This document shows, in pieces, positions 1 through 12,471 of a DNA stretch of 64,000 bases. Origin of the DNA: Eledone cirrhosa (Eukaryota); the NCBI GenBank assembly GCA_964016885.1, contig OZ024759.1, positions 20,646,001 through 20,710,000 of the forward strand. The letters are read 5' to 3'. Position 1 is the first letter of the stretch. Each line of letters begins with the position of its first letter. A program made the position numbers and the translations under genes. The notes under the pieces were generated by a model. The model worked only from the letters and a program-made list of their open reading frames with translations. It was not told where the DNA came from and did not search any database.

Positions 1-416
1 TACAGAGTGTTATATATATACATGCACATGTAAATATATATATATATGTATGTGTGTGTGCATGTATATATATATGTGTGTATGTGTATATACGTATATG
101 TGTGTGTGTGTATATATATGTGTATATATATATATATGTGTGTGTGTATATATATATATGTGTGTATATATATGTGTATGTATGTGTGTGTATATATATG
201 TGTATGTATGTGTGTGTATATATATGTGTATGTGTATATAAATGTGTGCGTGTGTATGTGTATATATGTATGTGTGTGCACGTGTATATATGTGTGTATG
301 TATATATGTGTGTGCCTGTATATATATATGTTTGTGTGTATGTATATGTATATATGTATATGTATGTGTGTGTGTATATATATATGAATGTGTGTATATA
401 TATATATATGTGTGTG

Positions 417-454
<38 letters not shown>

Positions 455-531
455 TATATACATATGTATGTGTATATATATATATATATGTATGTGTGTG
501 TATATATATGTATGTGTGTGTGTGTGTGTGT
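1..531. repeat. Compound (TA)n/(TG)n microsatellite
   Basis: Almost pure alternating purine-pyrimidine repeat; source of the YI/CV ORFs. Confidence 0.97.
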
Positions 532-814
532 AGTGAGAAACACCAAGGGATAGGGAAACCGAGAATGATATAAAGAGATAGACATAGGGAAACAGAATAA
601 GATATAGAGGAAGAGAGAGTGGGGGACATAGTGAGAGAGAGAGAGAGAGAGATGCAGAGAGACAAAGAGAGAGAGACAGAGGGAGATGATATATTTCCCA
701 TAGAACAAAATGCTAATTTTGTGTCGGACATTTTCAAAGATTTTTGAATCTGGTTACAAACTGTTGAGGTTTAATATAGGTTAGAAAGGAAACCTTAGAC
801 CCCCACAGCAGGAT

Positions 815-1765
815 GTGATGGTGGTTGTGGTGATGGTGGTAGTGGTGATGATGATGGTGATGGTGATGGTGGTAGTGGTGGTAGTGGTGATGGTGATGGT
901 GATGGTGATGGTGTTGTTGGTGGTGGTATTTTATGGATTGGTGTTAGTGAAGGTGTTGTTGATGGTCGTAGTGGTGGTAGTGTAGATAGTGTTGGTGTTG
1001 TTGGTGATGGTAGTTTTGGGATTAGTGGTGGTGTTGGTGTTGATGGTGGTGTCAGTGGTGGTAGTGGTAGTGATGGTGGCTGTGATGGTGTTGTTGGTGG
1101 TGGTGGTATTTTATGGATTGGTGTTAGTGAAGGTGTTGTTGATGGTGGTAGTGTTGGGGATTAGTGGCAGTGTTGGTAGTGGTGGTGATGATGATGGTGT
1201 CGGTAGTGGTGGTGATGATGATGGTGTCGGTGGTGGTGGTGGTGGTGGCTGTGATGGTGTTGGTGGTGGTAGTGTTGGTGATGGTAGTTTTGGGGATTAG
1301 TGGCGGTGTTGTTGGTAGTGGTGGTGATGATGATGGTGTCGGTGGTGGTGGTGGTGGTGATAGTGGCTGTGATGGTGGTGGTGGTGGTGGTATTTTATGG
1401 TTTGGTGGTAGTGAAGGTGTTGTTGATGGTGGTAGTTGTTGATGGTGTTGGTGGTATTGTTGATGGTGGTAGTGGTGGTAGTGCTGGTGATGGTAGTTTT
1501 GGGATTAGTGGTTGTGGTGATGGTGGTTGTGTGGTAGTTATAGTTATTGTTGTAGTAGTTGTTATAGTTGTATGGTGGCTGCCTGTGTTTAGTTGTATGG
1601 TGGTTGTTATAGTTAGTATTGTAGTAGCTGTTATAGTTGTTGTTGTTGTTGTATGGTGGCTGCCTGTATTTGGTTGTGTGGTAGTTGTGAAATGGCTGCT
1701 GTAGAAGTTGTTGTTATAGTTATCATTGTAGTTGTAGTTGTTGTATGGTGGTTGCCTGTGTTTAA
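815..1765. repeat. (GGT/GAT/GTT)n low-complexity tract with internal duplications
   Basis: Triplet repeats; block GGTATTTTATGGATTGGTGTTAGTGAAGGTGTTGTTGATGG recurs near 925, 1105 and (variant) 1389; GTATGGTGGCTGCCTGT-like block recurs three times in 1570-1760. Confidence 0.9.
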
Positions 1766-2026
1766 GTTGTGTAATTTAGTCAGATCTGCTGATGTAATTA
1801 CATCCCAAACATGACAAATAACCTTTGAAGGGAACACTTGACTGGCACACTCATCATCATCATCACCATTGTCATTTCCACCATCACCATTATCATCATT
1901 GCTACCATTATCATTGCTACCACCACCACCACCACCATCATCTTTGTTACCATTTCTACCATTGACATATCTCCATAAAGTTGATCTCTCGACTTATTAA
2001 TTTGGTTTGTATATATATATATATAT

Positions 2027-2329
2027 TGTTATATTTGGGGAGGGTCATATTGTTATGATATTGCCAGAAATAATAAGAAAACACACTCAGTTTGGTTTGG
2101 ATTGGTTTTCACTTCTGTATCTTTTATATCTCCATAGTTAATTTATCTGGCAATCAATGTTTATCATTGATTGACCAACGGTTAAAAATACAGATTTAAA
2201 TATATATATAGTCTATCAAAGTTCTTTCATCACACATCTGCGACACCATCAGTGGTACTATTGTTTCCTCCTGTTGTATTCTAATGTTTACGCCATTTTT
2301 ATTTAATATTACCCTCCCCAAATATAACA
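2027..2329. mobile_element. Solo LTR (Gypsy-like) or MITE, 303 bp
   Basis: Starts TGTTATATTTGGGGAGGGTCATATT, ends AATATTACCCTCCCCAAATATAACA (25-bp inverted repeat, 1 mismatch); TG...CA ends; flanked by ATAT at 2023-2026 and 2330-2333. Confidence 0.7.
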
Positions 2330-2395
2330 ATATTTGTTTCAACACACAATTTCATATAAAAAATCTTGCAAAACAAATATATATATATAATGCTT

Positions 2396-2862
2396 TTTTA
2401 CTCTTTTACCTGTTCCAGCCATCTGGCTGAGGCCATTCTGGGGCACCACCCTTGTTGAGGCCATTCTGGGGCACCACCCTTGTTGAGGCCATTCTGGGGC
2501 ACCACCCTTGTTGCTGCAAATTCTATATCCAGCCTGTGTTTAGCTGGTCATTGGTGTGGGAGAGAGTTCATTGTTGCTGCCCTTAGGTTACCTTCGTACC
2601 ATGCTGTGGGCTCATCTGGCATCCTGGATAGCAGGGTGTCAAAAAGTTTCTTGAAAACATTCACATCCACACCATGCACATTTATCAAATTTCTTGGCAC
2701 CTTGTTGAGGGCCTTTAAATCCCAGGCTATTGCAATATCTGCTCCTTACTCTAGATGTGAAAGATGAGACCTTTGACACCACAGAGTGAACTCCTGTTCG
2801 ACTGTTGATCCAACTCTCAATGCCAAAGTTTCGTGCTAGTCCCACCAGGATCTTCCATATGT
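2396..2862 (-). mobile_element. CR1-group LINE 3' fragment (ORF2 C-terminus plus 3' tail)
   Basis: Minus translation WKILVGLARNFGIE...NSLGFKGPQ / frameshift / HGVDVNVFKKLFDTLLSRMPDEPT...RAATMNSL resembles invertebrate CR1 ORF2 C-termini; tail GTGCCCCAGAATGGCC triplicated as a 28-bp unit. Confidence 0.8.
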
Positions 2863-2876
2863 ATATATATATCAAC

Positions 2877-3135
2877 ATCATCATCTTCGTTTAACGTCCA
2901 TCTTCCACGCTAGCATGGGTTAGACGGGAGTTGTCCCACTTGAAGCAAGGTTGGTTAGGTGACCATGTCTCGCTCGTATGGGACTATCTGGCGGGTTTTC
3001 TACGGCTGGATGCCCTTCCTAACACCAACCACATTTACAGTGTGGAACTGGGAACTTTTTACCGTGTTACCTACACGGCCACATTACAGCGTGGACTGTG
3101 TGTTTTTTTTGTCGTGACACCTACACGATCTCCAT
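2877..3135 (-). mobile_element. SINE/RTE-tail element, 3' portion (family A-related)
   Basis: Minus strand carries GTTAGGAAGGGCATCCAGC and ends GGACGTTAAACGAAGATGATG; near-identical copy at ~50298-50590. Confidence 0.85.
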
Positions 3136-3228
3136 CTCATTATCTCATTTATTGGGACGATATATATTAAAAAAACAATTAAGTTTTGTTTACATGCATT
3201 TAGATTTTTATTGTGTATCAATCCGTTT

Positions 3229-3306
3229 GACGCGTTTCACAGAGGATTGGGTCAGGGTCACCCATAGGAGTTATGGACTCAACTCCATTATTGATCTGCT
3301 CTTCAG
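3229..3306 (-). ncRNA. Degenerate hammerhead motif with branched helix II (Penelope-type)
   Basis: Minus: CUGAAGA-GCAGA...UCUGU-GAAA-CGCG-UC with two internal hairpins; helix I does not pair. Confidence 0.45.
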
Positions 3307-3491
3307 TGTGTGTAACTGAGACTGGACCAACATGAGTGAATATATATATATATATATATTAGAAAGTGAGGTTGTTTTACAAAATGAAAAATAACCGAGG
3401 TGTCCTACACGAATGAAAGTATAAAGAAAAAAAGATGAAATTGAAAATGCAACTGGAGTCTTATTTTTAAAAAAATATATTTATTTGGTTC

Positions 3492-3527
3492 CTTTACCGG
3501 TTTCGCAGTTCTTCTGCTTTTCAAAAG
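3492..3527 (-). ncRNA. Minimal type-I hammerhead ribozyme, U3-A8 core variant
   Basis: Minus: CUU-UUGAAAA-GCAG-AAGAA-CUGC-GAAA-CCGG-UA-AAG; 3-bp helix I, 4-bp helix II, palindromic helix III; identical copy at 55932-55967 within a ~130-bp repeat (3425-3554 / 55861-55994). Confidence 0.65.
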
Positions 3528-3638
3528 TAGAGTTGAGATGGAGGGTCTGTGGTTACATAGTAATATTTTAATAAATGTATATATCAGTGTTGTAGTTTGC
3601 TTGAAGCATTGTTGAATAGGAAATAAAAATTCAGATAG

Positions 3639-3870
3639 TTTTAAAAGCCATACAATTCATTAGAAAATTAAAAGAGCCAAGATAACGATAGAATCTTAAC
3701 TTAGCAAATTTAATCATCCCAAATATTTTCAAGTCTAAATATCCATTATGAAGGGAGTATCCCTGTTAAGTTCTCAAGAGATCGGTCAGAGATAATTAAA
3801 TTTGCTAAGTTAAGATTCTATCATTATCTTGGCACCTTTAATTTTCTAATGCATTGTATGGCTTTTAAAA
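3639..3870. repeat. Inverted repeat, 76-bp arms (3639-3714 / 3795-3870)
   Basis: Arms are reverse complements with about 4 mismatches; 80-bp spacer. Confidence 0.9.
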
Positions 3871-3947
3871 TTATTATTCAAATATATATATATATATAAC
3901 ATTGAAAATAAGACTGGATACTGTTAATTATATCATATTTTAATTAA

Positions 3948-4161
3948 CCCTTTAGCATTCACATTACTCTATAAATACTATTATATTTTTAAAGCTTTAC
4001 CTCGTATAATTATCTCACACAATATCGAATCTATGAGATTTTGAAAGTATTTATTTTGAGATCAATACCTTAACATCAGTTTGAGCGACCAGTAACAGCC
4101 AGTTTCAACAGAAAGGGGTAGAGAATTTTGGCCGGTTTTGGCCGGTTTGAACATTAAAGGG
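3948..4161. mobile_element. piggyBac-type MITE
   Basis: TTAA|CCCTTTAGCATTCA ... TGAACATTAAAGGG|TTAA; homologous copies at 7853-8071 (inverted) and 30457-30676. Confidence 0.88.
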
Positions 4162-4214
4162 TTAACACACATTTCATCCATTTTGCTGGCTGGTCATATA
4201 CTTAATTATTAATT

Positions 4215-4370
4215 GTCCAGTCCCTATCATCTCATTTCTACAGCTGAGTGAACTGGAGCAATGTGAAATAAAGTGTCTTGCTCAAGGAAACAACACACCA
4301 CCCGGTCTGAGAATTGAACTCACAACCTTTCGATTGCAAGGCCAATGCTCTAACCACTAAGCCATGTGCC
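4215..4370 (-). mobile_element. tRNA-derived SINE family A, 5' part
   Basis: Minus: GGCACATGGCTTAGTGG (A box)...GAGTTCAATTC (B box)...CCTTGAGCAAGACACTTTATTTCACATTGCTCCAG. Confidence 0.88.
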
Positions 4371-5042
4371 TGCATATGCAAATATATATGCATATAGATA
4401 TGATACATAAATTGAAAAGTAAATTGTCAATATACACATAAATTGAACAAAGACTGTTAGACATTTTAAAATTTTATGATATGAATGCTAACAGAAATTG
4501 ACATTTGAAAGTTTAAGCAATACATTATATATAAGATTATTCATGTTTAATCAAGTGCTAAGAAATTTAGTAGATAAATTACATAATATTCATTCATGAT
4601 TTATTTAAAGTAATCCAATTTATTTTAATAACGTGATGTAAAATAATAAATTGGCCAGTCTCACAGTTCTCCAATCATTATATAAGGTATATTTCTTCAT
4701 TGTTCTATGTTGTTTGCTTCATTGCTTCCATTTACTCATATATTTTAATAGAACAATGAGTTGTTCTTGCACATGTGGCATCACTATTTGCTTCCGACTG
4801 CCTTAGCCATTGTAACAGTAATAGTTTTATCTGCTGATGACGCTTTGCATGTATAGATGCATGGTGTTGCCACTGTTTGGGACAACCACATGTGACTGCC
4901 CCATTACAAATATACATTTTGTTAGCACTCTGAGACAGGTTCACTTATTTATATGTTCAAACCAAATCTCATTGAGTGAGTAATGTGAGCAATCTGGATT
5001 ATAGCAAATATATTTCCTATAACCTCGCTAGTGATCATGTAT

Positions 5043-5607
5043 GTTAAAAAGTACCCAGTCCACACTGTATAGTGGTCGTGTAGGTGTCATGAGAAAAAGT
5101 ACCCAGTCCACACTGTAAAGTGGTCGTGTAGGTGTCATGAGAAAAAGTACCCAGCCCACACTGTAAAGTGGTCGTGTAGGTGTCATGAGAAAAGGTACCT
5201 AGTCCACACTGTATAGTGGTCGTGTAGGTGTCATGAGAAAAAGTACCCAGCCCACACTGTAAAGTGGTCGTGTAGGTGTCATGAGAAAAAGTACCTAGTC
5301 CACACTGTAAAGTGGTCGTGTAGGTGTCATGAGAAAAAGTACCCAGCCCACACTGTAAAGTGGTCGTGTAGGTGTCATGAGAAAAAGTACCTAGTCCACA
5401 CTGTATAGTGGTTGTGTAGGCATCTTGACAAAAAGCACCTAATACTCACTATAAATAATGTTGGCGCTAGGAAGACCATCCTGCTGTAGAAACCAAGCCA
5501 AAATCAGTTCTGTATGAGCAAGAAATGGCCACCTGACCTAGCATTGCTCACAACAGGATAACTTGTCTAACCCATGCTAGCATGGAAAATTGAATGTTAA
5601 ACAGTGA

Positions 5608-5612
<5 letters not shown>
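5043..5612 (+). repeat. 48-bp tandem array (~8 units) expanded inside a SINE body, followed by the SINE 3' end
   Basis: Unit GAGAAAAAGTACCCAGTCCACACTGTAAAGTGGTCGTGTAGGTGTCAT at 5091, 5139, 5187...; continues into ACCCATGCTAGCATGGAAAA...GATGAT tail. Confidence 0.9.
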
Positions 5613-5650
<38 letters not shown>

Positions 5651-5763
5651 TATATATATTAAGATTAACATGACAAAGTTTCACTTTGTATGTTCATCAT
5701 CATCATCATCATCTTCGTTTAACGTCCATCTCCCATGCTAGCATGGGTTAGATGGGTAGATGT

Positions 5764-6645
<882 letters not shown>

Positions 6646-6699
6646 TATCAATAAAGAGATAGCTAAATAATAGATATTCTCTGACAGATACATATCCAG

Positions 6700-7270
6700 A
6701 GACAACAGACATATCATTAGACACATACACAAAGAGATCAACAGATACACACACACAGACCCAAACAAATCACCACCAGACATAGGGACACACACATCAC
6801 CACCAGATATACAGAAACACCAGATATACAGACACATCACCACCAGACACATACAGACAGACACATCACCACCAGATATACAGACATACAGACAGACACA
6901 TCACCACCAGATATACAGACATACACATCACCACCAGACACATACAGACAGACACATCACCACCAGATTTACAGACAGATCCCCACGAGACATACACAGA
7001 CATCACCACCAGATATACAGACAGACAGATCCCCATGAGACACACACAGGAACCACCAGACATACAGACATACATCACCACCAGACATACATACAGACAT
7101 ACATACAGACAGACATTCATACGAGACACACACAGGAACCACCAGACAGATATACAGACATCACCACCAGATATACAGACAGACAGATCCCCACAAGACA
7201 CACACACACACACACAAACCACCAGACACCTACAGACATACACAGACATCACCAGATATACAGACAGACA
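6700..7270. repeat. Degenerate minisatellite (CATCACCACCAGATATACAGAC-like)
   Basis: Motif repeated more than 10 times with variable spacers. Confidence 0.8.
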
Positions 7271-7718
7271 AATATTTTCTGTGTTTTTGGTGTTAAAGAC
7301 AGTGCTGAGAAAAACAAACAAACAAACAAACAGAGAGAAACTGAAGGGATTTTCACGGAACCCTGATTCCCACGTTCCATAAAGCACCAACAATCCACTT
7401 ATATCGGATGAGAACTTGTAATCAAAGAGAGCCTACAATTTTTTACTATTTTCCTTGTTTCTTTCTCTTTAAATTATTCTTTGAAATCATGTGGTTGTTA
7501 CTGGTCTTGTTGTTGTTGGTCTTCTTGTTGCTGGTCTTGTTGTTGTTGGTCTCCTTGTTGCTACTGTTGTTGTTGTTGGTATTGTTGGTAGTGTTGTTAG
7601 CATTGTTGTTGTTGGTCTTGTTGCTATTGTTGTTTTTATTTTCCTGAAAAAAAAACATATAATCTCAAAACTTGAATTTATTTCAAAATTTTTTTTCCCA
7701 GAATTAGTAAAAGCCTAA

Positions 7719-8071
7719 CCTATTTTACATTCATGACAACGAGAAAGGTAGTTATATTGCTAAATCCCTCCAAATTCTCACTAATTTTCAAAATTATTTG
7801 AAAAAAATCATAGGCAGTGTCTTTTATTAGAAATATGTATCAAAAGGGTTAACCCTTTAGCATTTAAACTGCTCGTATCTGGCCAGAATTCTCTCACCAC
7901 TTTCTGTTCAAACCAGCTGTAATTGGCCGCTCATACTGATGTTAAGGTATTGTTCTGAAAATAAATAATATCAAAATCTCAGATTCAATATTATGTGAGA
8001 TAATTATGCAAGGTAAAGCCTTTACCATGAAAATTTAATAGTAAATATAGAGTAATGTAAATGCTAACGGG
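7719..8071. mobile_element. Two adjacent piggyBac-type MITEs sharing one TTAA (7719-7848 and 7853-8071)
   Basis: ...AAAAGGG|TTAA|CCCTTTAG...CTAACGGG|TTAA; the left element has relatives at ~8130-8290 and 59254-59491. Confidence 0.75.
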
Positions 8072-8363
8072 TTAAGGTGTTTATCATCAAAATCATCATC
8101 ATCATCATATGTATCAATGATAATTTTATGAAAGAACCGCTAAGTTATGCTCCAAACACTAGCTTAATAATGAGAAAATTAGTTATATTACTAAATCCCT
8201 CTAAATTCTACAATATATTCAAATTTATTTAAAAATCATTTAAAAATCATAGGCAGTGTCTATTATTAGAAATAGGGTAACAAAAAGGGTTTAAATGTTT
8301 ATATCTGTCTAAAAATCTCCCATCTTAATCTTATGTAAGAAGTTTGTATATCTACATATACAT

Positions 8364-8712
8364 ATCATCATCATCATCATCATTTTACATCTGCCTTTCC
8401 CTGCTTGCAAGGGTGGGACGGGAACTGATTCTGGCTTGATTTCTACAGCTGGATACCCTTCGTAACACCAACCTCATTTACAGTGAGTGCTGGGTGCTTT
8501 TTTTCTGTGGCGCCTACATGTCCACTTTACAGTGTGGGCTGGGTGCTTTTTTGCCGTGGCACCTCCATGACCACTTTCTACAGCTGAGTGAACTGGAGCA
8601 ATGTGAAATAAAGTGTATCTTGCTCAGGGAAACAACACATCACCCGGTCTGAGAATTGAACTCACAACCTTTTGATTGCAAGGCCAATGCTCTAAGCACT
8701 AAGCCATGTGCC
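8364..8712 (-). mobile_element. SINE family A, near full length
   Basis: tRNA-like head, CORE-like middle, RTE-like 3' end with (GAT)n tail. Confidence 0.88.
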
Positions 8713-9077
8713 TCCATATGTTTAATACAAATACATGTATGTATACACACACTTACATATATTGGAAACGGGTTCATAACTTTGAAGTTATGAACTGTTG
8801 GAAATGAGTTCAATCATGACAGGACGAGTTATCTCGTCTACGGCACTGAAGAGGTTAAGGTGCTCCAAGTCAGAGAGGCAGGTCAACACAATAGTAAGCA
8901 GGAACCTCTTTGAGCTTTTAAAAAAAAAATGAAACAAAGAGAAATTTTTCCATTTTCTTAAAGAAAATACAAATTAATTTAACTACATAACATAGTACAT
9001 ATTTATATATTTATTTTGTCATATTACTGATTGATTATATATCAATATATATATATATATATATTTATTTATTTAAA

Positions 9078-9297
9078 GGGCGGTGGATTGGCAGTATCGG
9101 TAGAGGGTCAGACACCATGCTTTGCAGCATAGAGTTACGGCCCTTTATGGTCTGAGTTCAAATCCTGCCGAGGTTAACTTTGCCTTTCATCCCTACGGGG
9201 TTGATAAAATAAAGTACCAGTCATGCCCTGGGATCGATTTAATCGACTTTCCCTTCCCCCAAAAGTGCTGGCCTTGTGCCTATATAAGAAACCATTA
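9078..9297 (+). mobile_element. tRNA-derived SINE family B (Meta-domain-like centre)
   Basis: TGGCAGTATCGG (A box), GAGTTCAAATCC (B box), conserved TTTGCCTTTCATCC...GATAAAATAAAGTACCAG block; many copies in the window. Confidence 0.88.
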
Positions 9298-9360
9298 TAT
9301 ATATATTTATATATATACATGTGTGTGTGTGTGTATGTATATTGCTAGACAACCCATCAC

Positions 9361-9635
9361 CAAGGCAGTGCCCCAGCATGGCCAAAGTCTAATGACTGAA
9401 GATAGTGCCCCAGCATGGCCAAAGTCTAATGACTGAAAGCCGTGCCCCAGCATGGTCAAAGTCTAATGACTGAAAGCCTTGCCCCAGCATGGTCAAAGTC
9501 TAGTGACTGAAAGCCGTGCCCCAGCATGGCCAAAGTCTAGTGACTGAAAGCTGTGCCCCAGCATGGCCACAGTCTAATGACTGAAGCCAGTAAAAGAAGG
9601 CAATGCCCCAGCTTGGCCACAGTCTAATGACTGAA
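9361..9635 (+). repeat. 37-bp tandem array (~7 units) of a CR1 3'-tail motif
   Basis: Unit GTGCCCCAGCATGGCCAAAGTCTAATGACTGAAAGCC; homologous to the tail of the CR1 fragment at 2396-2510. Confidence 0.85.
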
Positions 9636-11919
9636 GAAAGAAACAGCAACAACACTGTGGAAGTAGATGATAAAAACTGAATTGTTTAAAAGCAATAATA
9701 TCTGTCATGACTGTGGGGTGGGGCTAGGGAGTATGGAGAGAGAGAGAGAGGGGGGTTGGAGGGGCGTGTGGGGGGTGGGTGGGTGGAGTAAGGTATTCAG
9801 GCATGTCTTACATGACATCCATCATGTACGTGCAACTGCTGTGAACATAATCAAAACTTCCTACGAAACAACCCCCACCACATTTCTTCACCTCGTTCTA
9901 AACCACCACCCCACCCAGTCCCCTGCTAAACCCCCCACCCACCCACCCGCCACCTGCACCTCACCTTGTACCAACTCCCTTCCCCCTTCTCCACTCACCT
10001 GTACCACCTCCCTCCCCCCCCCGTATTCCTACCTTGTCTTGTATTATCTATCTTTGTTCCATTAACATGCTCTGTCCTGCCCCCTCCCCGTTTCCTTCTA
10101 CCCACCACTCCCATCCTTCCCAGCCATCCATGCCCCGCTCTACCACCTCTGCCATCCACGCCCCTCCCCCCTTCCACGCCACCTGCCATCCACGTCCCCC
10201 CTCCCCCCTCCACCACCACCACCACCACAGTCGTAGGAGATGGAGAAGGAAATAAAGAAGGATAAGACTAGAGAAATATCAACAATGAGGGAGGAAGAAG
10301 TGAAGAGGAGGAAGTAGGAGGAGGTGAAGATGAAGAGGAGGTAACATGCAGAAGGAAAGAGAAAGGTGAAGACAGAGGAAAGGGAGGAAAAGGAGGTGAA
10401 GATGGAGAAGCGGAAGTAGAATGAGGAAGAGGTGAAGATAAAGAGGAAGTAGAATGAGGAAGAAATGAAGAGGAAGTAGAGAGAAAGGTGAAGAAAAGAG
10501 AAGAGTGAAGAAAAGAATAAAATAAGTGGAAAAGGAGGAGGAGAAGAAACAGAGGAAGAAGAGGCAGAAGATGAAAAAGAAAGAAGAGGATGAAGAAGGA
10601 AGGAAGAGCAGGATGAGTACACACCACACCAAGCCACGCCAAGCTATACCAAGCCACGCCAAGCCACACCAAGCTATACCAAGCCACACCATACCAAGCC
10701 ACGCCAAGCCATACCATGTTATGCCATGTTATGCCATGCCAATGTAAGTGTTGTTGGAAATCAGAAGAGATGGAAATGTCGAAAGTGGATTTTCACACTC
10801 TAACTCCTCGCAGCTAAACTGAGAAAACCTATCAATCATGATCTTAAACTGATTCTAGTAATATGTAGCAAATGTTTTGACATTTCCGATGTTCCAATGT
10901 TCTGATGGAACTTTCAAACAGCGCATTTAAATGCGTGCCAACCGTCTAACAAGCATCAAAGCCGGTTGCAGATGTACTGGCTTTTCAAATTGACATGTTT
11001 TTTTTTTTTTTCATTGTGAAGGTGTGTGTGTGTGGTGTAGTGGTGTTGTGTTTGTGGTGTTGTGTTTGTGGTGTAGTGGTGTTGTGGTGTAGTGGTGTTG
11101 TTTGTGGTGTAGTGGTGTTGTAGTGGTGTGGTGTTGTGGTGTTGTTTATGGTGTTGTGTTTGTGGTGTAGTGGTGTTGTGTTTGTGGTGTTGTTTATGGT
11201 GTTGTGGTGTTGTAGTGTTTGTGGTGTTGTAGTGTTTGTGGTGTAGTGGTGTTGTTAGTGGTGTTGTGTTTGTGGTGTAGTGGTGTTGTGTTTGTGGTGT
11301 AGTGGTGTTGTGTTTGTGGTATTGTGGTGTAGTTGTGTTGTGGTGTAGTGGTGTAGTTGTGTTGTGGTGAAGCGGTGTGATGGTATAGTGATGTGATGGT
11401 ATAGTGGCGTTGTGGTGTAGTGGTATAGTGGTGTGATGGTATAGTGGCGTTGTGGTGTGATGGTATAGTGGCGTTGTGGTGTGGTGGTATAGTGGTGTGG
11501 TGGTGTAATGGTATAGTAGTGGAGTGTACTTATATATTAGATAGTAACTCTTCTTTAAATGACCGACAAGATTCCAGACTACATTTACATACCAAGTGGA
11601 GTGGAACTTGTGAAATCGGACCAAGGAAACAGTGTTTCCATAGGTTTTTCTCTTGCTGACATCTACTGGTCACAACTCTTGCAAATATTGTAACAATGGG
11701 GGTTTTTTTTAATGAAACATTGGACAATGTAGTCCTAGGTGTACTATGTCAAGTGGAAAAGTAGGATAGTTCTTGCTGAAACACACTTGATTGTGATCAT
11801 AGCTCTGCTAGGTCAGACTTGACCTGGTACTAAACAGCAACAACAACAACAGCGACACCTACAATAACAGAAAATATATTAGACATTTTGAATAAATATC
11901 TTAATATTCCAATAATGTG

Positions 11920-12432
11920 TGTGTATGTGTGTGTTTCTGTGTTAGTGTGTGTATGTGTGTGTTTCTGTGTTAGTGTATGTATGTATGTATGTGAGTGTGT
12001 GCCTGTGTATGTCTATATGTAACTATGTGAGTGTGTGCCTGTGTATGTCTATATGTAACTGTATGTATGCGTGTGTGTGCCTGTGTATGTCTATATGTAA
12101 CTGTATGTATGTGAGTGTGTGCCTGTATGTAACTATGTATGCGTGTGTGTGCCTGTGTATGTCTATATGTAACTGTATGTATGCGTGTGTGTGCCTGTGT
12201 ATGTCTATATGTAACTGTATGTATGCGTGTATGTGCCTGTCTATGTCTATATGTAACTGTATGTATGCGTGTATGTGCCTGTCTATATGTAACTGTATGT
12301 ATGCGTGTGTGTGCCTGTCTATGTCTATATGTAACTGTATGTATGCTTGTGTGTGCCTGCCTATGTCTATATGTAACTGTATGTATGTGTAAAATGTGTC
12401 TATCTGTGTGTGTTTGTCTGTGTCTATGTGAG

Positions 12433-12471
<39 letters not shown>

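Noticed and set aside
4698-4759. 12-bp inverted repeat as a miRNA precursor
   Set aside because: The inner region does not pair; too weak.
4830-4940. C/D snoRNA resembling SNORD45 (TGATGA...TTGCATGTAT...ACTCTGAGAC)
   Set aside because: Only ~10-nt possible 18S complement, no D' box at the right spacing, weak terminal stem; snoscan or Infernal would be needed.
10828-10841. 14-mer CCTATCAATCATGA (PBX/HOX-like TGATTGAT) repeated at 16183-16196
   Set aside because: An exact 14-mer match is expected by chance in a window of this size; no conservation data.
11549-11683. 44-aa ORF MTDKIPDYIYIPSG...
   Set aside because: Short, no recognisable motif, no supporting splice or promoter context.
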